A stretch of DNA of 64,000 nucleotides from assembly GCA_031429095.1 (NCBI GenBank), contig JANOYY010000037.1, forward strand, positions 74,593 to 138,592, given 5' to 3'. Each line of letters opens with the position of its first letter. The stretch's first letter is position 1. This document shows positions 53,650 through 60,507 of this stretch, in pieces. The notes under the pieces were generated by a model. The model had not been told where the DNA came from and did not search any database. It saw only the letters and a program-made list of their open reading frames with translations. The translations under genes were made by a program, and so were the position numbers. The stretch is from Acidimicrobiia bacterium. GTDB taxonomy: Bacteria; Actinomycetota; Acidimicrobiia; Acidimicrobiales; JANYDT01.

Positions 53650-54390
53650 ATGACGATTCGATGGCTCACCGCATTTCTTGACATCCCGGAGCCATCTTTC
53701 GATGCGGCAGTTGCGTTCTGGGCGGCGGTCACCGAATCGTCACTGTCTGAATGCCGCGGCGAAATCGGTGAGTTCGCAACGTTGCTTCCGGCCGACGGCG
53801 ATCCGTTCATTCGAGTTCAGCGAATCTCCGACCGCATCCCGCTCGTTCATCTGGACATTCACACCGTCGACCCCGGCGGACTTGCGGATCGAGCGATCAC
53901 GCTTGGCGCAACCCTTCGTGAGCGGCGAGGCTACGTTGTCCTCGAGTCTCCCGGCGGCTTCGTATTCTGTTGCGTTGGGTTTGAGGGCGAGGCGCAACGA
54001 CTGCCGCCCCGACCGACCCATGTCGTCGATCAGGTGTGCTTGGACGTTCCCGATGGACTTTTCGATGCCGAGTGTCGATTTTGGGCTGATCTCACCGGAT
54101 GGGAACTCCGGACGGGTGCAACAAAAGAGTTCCGGTTCCTCGCTCGTCCTGACGAGATGTCGTTACGTCTTCTGTTTCAGAGACTGGAAGGCAACGACAA
54201 CCGACAAAGGACACGAGGCCACCTTGACATCGCCGCCGGAGCCTTCGTCGATGACGTTGTCGCCGCCCACACTGCGCTCGGGGCCAAAATCCGCTTTCAA
54301 GGTTCTGCCTGGACGAGCATGCTCGACCCGGCTGGAAAGTCGTACTGCATAACGAATCGCGACCCACTGGCCGACGATTCCGCCAAGTAG
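53650..54390 (+). CDS. VOC/glyoxalase-like domain protein (two repeats)
   Basis: 'RWLTAFLDIP...FWAAV' and 'HLDIH', then a second 'FWADLTGW...HLDI', match the glyoxalase-like domain pattern. Start trimmed to ATG 53650. Confidence 0.7.
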   Translation: MTIRWLTAFLDIPEPSFDAAVAFWAAVTESSLSECRGEIGEFATLLPADGDPFIRVQRISDRIPLVHLDIHTVDPGGLADRAITLGATLRERRGYVVLESPGGFVFCCVGFEGEAQRLPPRPTHVVDQVCLDVPDGLFDAECRFWADLTGWELRTGATKEFRFLARPDEMSLRLLFQRLEGNDNRQRTRGHLDIAAGAFVDDVVAAHTALGAKIRFQGSAWTSMLDPAGKSYCITNRDPLADDSAK

Positions 54391-54477
54391 CTCACCTCTC
54401 GATGCGACAGAGGCGGTCCGATGTCGCCGTGGGCGACTCGTCCCGATCTTCGCTCTCGCGAACTCAACGCCTGAGCC

Positions 54478-54495
54478 GGGGACGTATGGCCGTCC
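54478..54495. promoter_or_regulatory. GGGGACGTATGGCCGTCC, GGGAC-type box upstream of the zinc-finger ORF / USP unit
   Basis: It shares GGGAC-S-TATGGCC with 58616-58632. Its centre is about 64 nt upstream of ATG 54550. It also contains the inverted repeat GGACG-N6-CGTCC. Confidence 0.3.
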
Positions 54496-54549
54496 GTTCG
54501 GGCCTTTTTGCTCGTAGCGTTTTCGGATCAGGAGCGCGATAACTGAGGC

Positions 54550-54705
54550 ATGCAAGACGACATCATCGTTCATCATTGCCCGTACTGCGAGCTGAGGTTT
54601 CTCTATTCAGGGGAGGTCAAGGATCACATTCTTAGGGACCATCACGATCATGAGAACGTCGCCGCAACCGCCGAACCGCGTGAGATGCCCCACGGCCATG
54701 CGTAG
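54550..54705 (+). CDS. Unlisted 51-aa ORF with classical C2H2 zinc-finger signature and His-rich tail
   Basis: The translation is MQDDIIVHHCPYCELRFLYSGEVKDHILRDHHDHENVAATAEPREMPHGHA. It fits C-x2-C-x3-F-x5-(hydrophobic)-x2-H-x4-H. It ends 18 nt before the co-directional USP gene, and third-position GC is coding-like. The SD is poor (GAGG only 1 nt from the ATG). Confidence 0.45.
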   Translation: MQDDIIVHHCPYCELRFLYSGEVKDHILRDHHDHENVAATAEPREMPHGHA

Positions 54706-54723
54706 CCACGGCGGGGACCCGTC

Positions 54724-55179
54724 ATGGACCAGGTAGGCAGCGGCCGCAGGATCGTTGTCGGAGTCGACGGGTCCGCGCCAGCCCGAGAAGCGCTCCGGTG
54801 GGCAGCGAAGGAAGCCCAACTCCGAGGCGCGGAACTCCACGTCGTCGGGGTGTGGAGCTTTCCGGCCTACCTCGATCCGATGGGTGGCGTGCATCCTCTG
54901 CCGAGCCTCATGGAAGCGACAGAGGCACGTGAGCGCAAACTGCTGGACGACGAGATTCTCGGTGTACTTGGTACGTTACCTCCGGTCCCGATCGTCCGGA
55001 CGCTTCGGTGCGGGTCCACGGCTCCCGAACTTCTGGCCGAGGCGCAGGGTGCCGACCTGCTGGTGGTTGGTTCGCGAGGAAGGGGTGGGTTTCTTTCCGT
55101 TTTGCTGGGCTCGACGGCCATGCACTGCGTACAACATGGTGCCGTTCCAGTGGCCGTCGTGCGCTCCCCACGCACCTGA
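54724..55179 (+). CDS. Universal stress protein (single UspA domain)
   Basis: 'RIVVGVDGSAPAREALRWA' and the ATP-binding type 'VVGSRGRGGFLSVLLGSTAMHCV' are present. Confidence 0.85.
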   Translation: MDQVGSGRRIVVGVDGSAPAREALRWAAKEAQLRGAELHVVGVWSFPAYLDPMGGVHPLPSLMEATEARERKLLDDEILGVLGTLPPVPIVRTLRCGSTAPELLAEAQGADLLVVGSRGRGGFLSVLLGSTAMHCVQHGAVPVAVVRSPRT

Positions 55180-55216
55180 GTGTTCCCCCCGGAACGGAGT
55201 GTCCCCCCGGAACGGA
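55180..55216. repeat. Tandem repeat GTGT(T)CCCCCCGGAACGGA x2 between convergent USP and BON genes
   Basis: Copy 1 is 55180-55198 and copy 2 is 55199-55216 (one T shorter). Each can fold as (G)TTCC-CCCC-GGAA(C). Confidence 0.9.
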
Positions 55217-55240
55217 GAGTTCAAGGTGCAGAGAGTTCCG

Positions 55241-55942
55241 CTATGCGCCGGGGCCCTGCTGCGACCAATACTCACGCAGGTTCTGCGACAGAGTCGCCTG
55301 CACGTCGGCGTCTTCGTCCGGGATGAAGGTTCGGATCACCTTGATGACCTTGGGGACGAGCAGGATTGCGGTGTCGAGTGAGATTCCTCCTCGCAGCGAA
55401 ACCGCAGCGTCGAGCATCAGAGGGCGGTGCCAATGCAGCCGAGGTTCACCGATATTTCGCCGAGGGTTAACGAAGGTGACTACGTCTGTGGGCAGATGGG
55501 CAATGACATGGCGCCGCTCGGAATGCGGTATCTGTTCGAACAGAACGGTCAGTGCTGCACGGAGCGCAGCAGATCGTGCGGACATTGAATCTATTCCCAG
55601 GTCGTCGGTGGCATGTATCAGCGCGGTCATCGTCGGTGACCGGCCGGGTTTGCCTTGCGACGGTCGGACGTCACTCGGAAGGAGCCCAATGTGAAGGTGC
55701 GATTCGACCCCGATAACACCAGACATGTCGAGCACGGCATTTTCGATTGCAACGGCATCGGATTCGGTGCCTACTTCGCCGTGAAGAAGCACGTTAAACC
55801 CCTCGGCCATCACATGAATTCGAGGGAGGTCGAGCGTGTGAAGGAGCGGGCCGAGTTTGGTGCGTACGTGATCGGCGAGGTCGTGGTCCGTAGTGTGCAG
55901 CGCAGTTGCAGCTGGCGGATTCGTTGAGGTCATAAGAACCAC
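55241..55942 (-). CDS. BON-domain protein fused to a DUF2267-like C-terminal domain
   Basis: The N-terminal BON-like segment reads 'IHVMAEGFNVLLHGEVGTESDAVAIENAVLDMSGVIGVESHL'. The C-terminal half resembles DUF2267 ('VLFEQIPHSERRHVIAHLPTDV'). Confidence 0.6.
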   Translation of the reverse strand: MVLMTSTNPPAATALHTTDHDLADHVRTKLGPLLHTLDLPRIHVMAEGFNVLLHGEVGTESDAVAIENAVLDMSGVIGVESHLHIGLLPSDVRPSQGKPGRSPTMTALIHATDDLGIDSMSARSAALRAALTVLFEQIPHSERRHVIAHLPTDVVTFVNPRRNIGEPRLHWHRPLMLDAAVSLRGGISLDTAILLVPKVIKVIRTFIPDEDADVQATLSQNLREYWSQQGPGA

Positions 55943-56019
55943 TTCTCCTTTGGTTGGGACTGGTGCCTGTTAGGGTGCCGCAATCGAGACCAAGTCGGCG
56001 AGTGCCGCTGGTCGGGGAG

Positions 56020-58470
56020 TCACGGGCCTTTGGTCCCTTCCCAGCGCCACCCGCGAATCTCGGGCATATCTTCACCGTGTTCAACGATGTAGCGCTTGTG
56101 GTGAAGTCGTTGATCAATCAAGTACTGCTTTGCTTCCGTGGCGACGGTACCGAGTCCTGGCACCCGATCGATCACGTCCATGGCAAGGTGAAAACGATCG
56201 AGGTCGTTGAGAACGAGCATGTCGAACGGTGTTGTCGTCGTCCCCTCTTCTTTGTAACCGCGGACATGAAGGTTGGCGTGGTTCGTCCGCCGATAGGTGA
56301 GCCGGTGGATTAGCGACGGGTAGCCATGAAAGGCGAAAATGATCGGCTTGTCGGTGGTGAAGATCTGGTCGAACGCTCGGTGCGACAACCCGTGAGGGTG
56401 CTCCGCTTCATCTTGAAGCCGCATGAGGTCGACTACGTTCACAAACCGTATGCGTACGTTTGGTAGGAGTTTTCGAAGCAGGCTAACTGCGCCGAGTGCT
56501 TCCATCGTCGGCACGTCTCCGCAGCATGCCAGCACAACATCGGGTTCGCTGTCATGGTCGTTCGAAGCCCATGGCCAAATGCCTAGGCCCCGTTCGACGT
56601 GCGCGATCGCGTCTTCGATGTTCAACCATTGCGGTGCCAGCTGTTTGCCGGAGACGACAACGTTGATTTTGTCCCGACTGCGAAGGCACTCGTCCGTCAC
56701 GGCGAGAAGTGTGTTCGCGTCCGGTGGGAGGTAGATGCGGATTACTTCGGATTTCTTGTTCACGACATGATCGAGAAACCCGGGGTCTTGGTGTGAGAAT
56801 CCATTGTGATCTTGGCGCCAGACGTGTGACGTGAGTAGATAGTTGAGGCTGGCCACAGGTCGGCGCCACGCGATCGCGTTGCACACCTTCAACCATTTGG
56901 CATGCTGGTTGAACATTGAGTCGATGATGTGGATGAACGCTTCGTAACAGGTGAAGAATCCATGTCGGCCCGTAAGGAGGTAGCCCTCGAGCCACCCTTC
57001 ACACTGGTGCTCGGAGAGAACTTCCATGATGCGCCCATTCGGAGAAAGGTGGTCGTCGCCAGGCTCGATCCTCGCTACCGAGCATCGCTGTGTCACGGCG
57101 AAAAGGTCCTGCCAGCGGTTCGACGACAATTCGTCGGGCGCAAACACACGAAAGTTGGCCTGTTTGTCGTTGAGCCGCATCACCTCAGCCAACAGGGCTC
57201 CCTGGACTCTTGTCGCTTCGACATCGACGCACCCCGGCGACTCGACGGCAACGGCAAAGGAGCGCAGGTCAGGAAGCGCAAGATCGTGAAGGAGCGCCCC
57301 GCCATTGGCATGCGGGCTTGCGCTCATCCGGGCAGTGCCTTTCGGCGAAATCGCTGTGGTGGAGGCGAACGGCACTCCGAACCCGTCAAAGAGTTCTTCC
57401 GGTTTGTAGCTCCGTAGCCACGTTTCGAGAATCGCAAGGTGTTCGTCGGAGTCGAGGTTTGTCAGCGGAACTTGATGTGAACGCCACGAACCCTCGGTTT
57501 GAAGCCCGTCGATAGTCTCCGGTCCTGTCCAACCCTTTGGCGATCTCAGCACGATCATGGGCCAACACGGTCTGTCGGTGAACCCGAGGTCACGGGCATC
57601 ACGTTGAATCGTGCGAATCGAAGCGACACATCTGTCGATTGCGTCCGCCATCTGTCGATGCATGTCGCCGGCATCGTGACCCTCTACGTAGTGAGGAACC
57701 CACCCGTATCCTCGAACGAGCTGATCGAGTTCCGCGGGAGGTATTCGCGCAAGTATGGTCGGCCCCGCAATCTTGTATCCGTTGAGATGGAGCACGGGAA
57801 GTACGGCGCCATCGCGTACGGGGTTCAAGAACTTGTTGCCGTGCCATCCCGTGGCAAGCGGGCCAGTCTCAGCCTCGCCATCGCCGACGACGGCGAGCGA
57901 GATGAGATCGGGGTTGTCGAAAGCAGCCCCGAAAGCGTGCGACAAAACGTATCCAAGTTCGCCGCCCTCGTGGATCGATCCGGGAGTTTCGGGTGCGGCG
58001 TGCGACGGGATTCCCCCGGGAAAGCTGAATTGGCGAAAGAGCTTGGTCATCCCGTCGCCGTCAAACGTTACGTTCGGGTATACCTCGGAATACGTACCCT
58101 CCAGCCAGGTATTCGCGACAATTCCTGGCCCGCCGTGCCCGGGTCCGGCAAGAAACAACACGGATAGCTTGTGCTCAAGAATCGCTCGATTCATATGTGC
58201 ATATATAAAATTGAGACCAGGTGTCGTCCCCCAATGACCGAGGAGCCTGGGCTTCACATGGCGGTGCGCAAGTGGCTCGTGCAGGACTGCGTTCCCCAGG
58301 AGATAGATCTGGCCCACCGACAAGAAGTTCGCCGCTCGCCACCAGCGATCGATAGCCAGAAGCGTCTCGTGACTTCGTTCTCCTCGTGGGCGATCACCTT
58401 GGGAATTCGCCGAAGGGGAGACGCGCCAAAGCCGAGTGTCGGAAGGGTCGTGCGCTTCCGCATTTGACAT
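56020..58470 (-). CDS. xfp: Xylulose-5-phosphate/fructose-6-phosphate phosphoketolase (ThDP dependent)
   Basis: It is 816 aa with '[14 protein letters not shown]', '[13 protein letters not shown]' and '[15 protein letters not shown]', the canonical Xfp signatures. Confidence 0.9.
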   Translation of the reverse strand: MSNAEAHDPSDTRLWRVSPSANSQGDRPRGERSHETLLAIDRWWRAANFLSVGQIYLLGNAVLHEPLAHRHVKPRLLGHWGTTPGLNFIYAHMNRAILEHKLSVLFLAGPGHGGPGIVANTWLEGTYSEVYPNVTFDGDGMTKLFRQFSFPGGIPSHAAPETPGSIHEGGELGYVLSHAFGAAFDNPDLISLAVVGDGEAETGPLATGWHGNKFLNPVRDGAVLPVLHLNGYKIAGPTILARIPPAELDQLVRGYGWVPHYVEGHDAGDMHRQMADAIDRCVASIRTIQRDARDLGFTDRPCWPMIVLRSPKGWTGPETIDGLQTEGSWRSHQVPLTNLDSDEHLAILETWLRSYKPEELFDGFGVPFASTTAISPKGTARMSASPHANGGALLHDLALPDLRSFAVAVESPGCVDVEATRVQGALLAEVMRLNDKQANFRVFAPDELSSNRWQDLFAVTQRCSVARIEPGDDHLSPNGRIMEVLSEHQCEGWLEGYLLTGRHGFFTCYEAFIHIIDSMFNQHAKWLKVCNAIAWRRPVASLNYLLTSHVWRQDHNGFSHQDPGFLDHVVNKKSEVIRIYLPPDANTLLAVTDECLRSRDKINVVVSGKQLAPQWLNIEDAIAHVERGLGIWPWASNDHDSEPDVVLACCGDVPTMEALGAVSLLRKLLPNVRIRFVNVVDLMRLQDEAEHPHGLSHRAFDQIFTTDKPIIFAFHGYPSLIHRLTYRRTNHANLHVRGYKEEGTTTTPFDMLVLNDLDRFHLAMDVIDRVPGLGTVATEAKQYLIDQRLHHKRYIVEHGEDMPEIRGWRWEGTKGP

Positions 58471-58549
58471 AGAAGTTTCCGTTCCTTAATCGAAGCCCTA
58501 TACCTATCGCCCCCCGGGTGTCAGACGCCAGAGACGTAGGCCCCGAAGA

Positions 58550-58566
58550 TTGGGACCTTGGTCCAA
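58550..58566. promoter_or_regulatory. Near-palindrome TTGGGACCTTGGTCCAA (DosR/DevR-box-like), xfp side of the divergent promoter region
   Basis: The half-sites GGGAC / GTCC are separated as in the recalled DosR consensus TTSGGGACTWWAGTCCCSAA. Its centre is about 88 nt upstream of the xfp start codon. Confidence 0.35.
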
Positions 58567-58615
58567 CCAACTGGTCTGGGGCAACGGCGATGCTCGGGCG
58601 TAATGGCGTTGCGTG

Positions 58616-58632
58616 CGGGACCTATGGCCCTG
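58616..58632. promoter_or_regulatory. CGGGACCTATGGCCCTG, second GGGAC-type box, USP-arcC side
   Basis: The GGGACC-TA-TGGCCC arrangement has its centre about 73 nt upstream of ATG 58697. It is very similar to the element at 54478-54495. Confidence 0.35.
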
Positions 58633-58696
58633 GGAGCGTATGGACGGGTGCGTAACAATCGTTCTCATCTCGCTCACTCAACGTCAAGGAGTTACT

Positions 58697-59527
58697 ATGC
58701 GTCCCAGAATTGTTGTGCCGGTTGAGGAGACTCCGCGTTCGGAACGAGCGCTCCCGGTTGCGGCTGCACTCGCCCGTCGACTCGAGACGTCACTGGTTTT
58801 GGTCAGCGTGGTGGAGTGGCCGCTGACGGAGCATCCCGGACATCCTGGCTATCACGAGCAACTTATGGAGAGATATCCAGATCTGGCAGCTGAGTCGGTC
58901 GTGATCAAGAAGGCCGCGCATACGGCACGGGCAATCATGTCTATCTGCCAACCAAACGACATTGTTTGCATCGGGGTTGACCACACATCGGCGCTTGGAG
59001 AAATGCTTGAGACGAGCGTCTTCTTCGATATCCTGCGCAACTCCCATCGGGCAGTTGTTGCGGTCGGACCACACGCCGAGGTACCTGAATTCGCGACCGA
59101 TCTTGTCCTGTGCCTCGATGGTTTCGAGCATGCGGAACAGGGATTGGATCTGATCGCGAAGGTCGCACAGCCTGCGGGTCTGCAACCGTTTCTCGTTCAG
59201 GTGCTCGACCCAGATCTTGCTCCGCGCGACGTGACCGAGACGAGCTATCTCCATGGAGTCACCGCACCCGATGGCCCGGCCAGTGGAGCGAATTGGGACG
59301 TTTTGCATGGCGACCCTGCGAAAACGATCGCTGCCTTCTGCTCCAGCCCTGCGGTAGCCGCAATAGGTTTCGCAACGGATGCGCTCGACCCGCTTGCTCG
59401 AATGTTCACGCCCAGTCTGGCCAACGAATTGATCAAAACCGCCACCCGCCCGTTGATTCTGATTGCCGTGGAAAGAAAACCAACGATCTCCCAACATTCG
59501 ATTCCAGCCACGGCGGCGAAACGATGA
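58697..59527 (+). CDS. Tandem-domain universal-stress-protein-like protein (degenerate ATP motif)
   Basis: It contains two USP-like halves ('RIVVPVEETPRSERALPVAAALA...', 'LVLCLDGFEHAEQGL...'). AAGGAG lies upstream of ATG 58697. Confidence 0.65.
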   Translation: MRPRIVVPVEETPRSERALPVAAALARRLETSLVLVSVVEWPLTEHPGHPGYHEQLMERYPDLAAESVVIKKAAHTARAIMSICQPNDIVCIGVDHTSALGEMLETSVFFDILRNSHRAVVAVGPHAEVPEFATDLVLCLDGFEHAEQGLDLIAKVAQPAGLQPFLVQVLDPDLAPRDVTETSYLHGVTAPDGPASGANWDVLHGDPAKTIAAFCSSPAVAAIGFATDALDPLARMFTPSLANELIKTATRPLILIAVERKPTISQHSIPATAAKR

Positions 59528-60507
59528 GCGACCTACATCCCCTCGCCGTCGTTGCAATCGGAGGAAATGCGCTCCTCCCGACGACGGGCCCACTGACGAT
59601 GGAAGCGCAGCGCATGCATGCGGCGAATGTCGCAAAGTCCTTAGCGCCGCTGTCGGTTACGCATCGGCTGGTGATCACCCATGGGAGTGGACCACAGGTG
59701 GGCATACTTGCTGAGCAGTCGGCTACTTCAGCGGCGTTTCGTGATATGTCACTTGACGTCATTGATGCAGAGGTCGAAGGGATGCTTGGTTACGTGCTCA
59801 TGCAGGCGTTGTCGAACGAGTTTGCGTGTGACGTCGCGACGCTGCTTACCCAGGTCGTCGTGAGTTCGCTCGACGATGCCTTTGTGTTCCTGTCCAAACC
59901 GATTGGACCAATTCTTCCGGCCGACGTCGCCACGAAGCTTACGGCGGAGCGAGGTTGGCGATTCGCTCCCCATGGCGGAGGGTTTCGTCGGCTCGTGGCG
60001 TCGCCACGACCGCTCGAAATCGTGGAACTCGGATCTATCCGTGCACTTATTGCTGCCGGAGTAATTCCGGTGTGCGTCGGAGGCGGTGGTATCCCAGTGT
60101 TGCGAACTGACTATCAACTTGCGGGAATAGAGGCAGTGGTCGACAAGGACCTTGTGACCTCCCTGCTTGCACGGGAACTCAATGCCGACGTCCTGGTCCT
60201 TCTCACCGACGTCGATGGTCTCGTCACCGGATGGGGGAACCCACACGCGCAACTCGTGCGCCACGCACCGACGATCTGGGCGCGCGCTCTCGAACTCGAA
60301 CCTGGCTCGATGGGCCCGAAGGTTGCGGCGTGCTGTGACTTTGTAGAGGCAACCGGGAAGCCCGCCTACATCGGAAACATCCGCGACGGCGAAGGTGTCG
60401 TCGCTGGTCGAAGCGGAACCTGTTTCGACGAGAAAGGCGGAAGCCCCCGGCTCGAATCTATTCGTCGGTCGACGAGCCTCGTCGGGTCGTGGACGATCCG
60501 CTCGTGA
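59524..60507 (+). CDS. arcC: Carbamate kinase family enzyme
   Basis: 'AVVAIGGNALL', 'VITHGSGPQVG', 'LTQVVV', 'SKPIGP', 'VCVGGGGIPV', 'IEAVVDKDL' and 'EPGSMGPKV' align along the whole length with classical carbamate kinases. There is an ATGA overlap with the USP gene. Confidence 0.85.
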   Translation: MSDLHPLAVVAIGGNALLPTTGPLTMEAQRMHAANVAKSLAPLSVTHRLVITHGSGPQVGILAEQSATSAAFRDMSLDVIDAEVEGMLGYVLMQALSNEFACDVATLLTQVVVSSLDDAFVFLSKPIGPILPADVATKLTAERGWRFAPHGGGFRRLVASPRPLEIVELGSIRALIAAGVIPVCVGGGGIPVLRTDYQLAGIEAVVDKDLVTSLLARELNADVLVLLTDVDGLVTGWGNPHAQLVRHAPTIWARALELEPGSMGPKVAACCDFVEATGKPAYIGNIRDGEGVVAGRSGTCFDEKGGSPRLESIRRSTSLVGSWTIRS

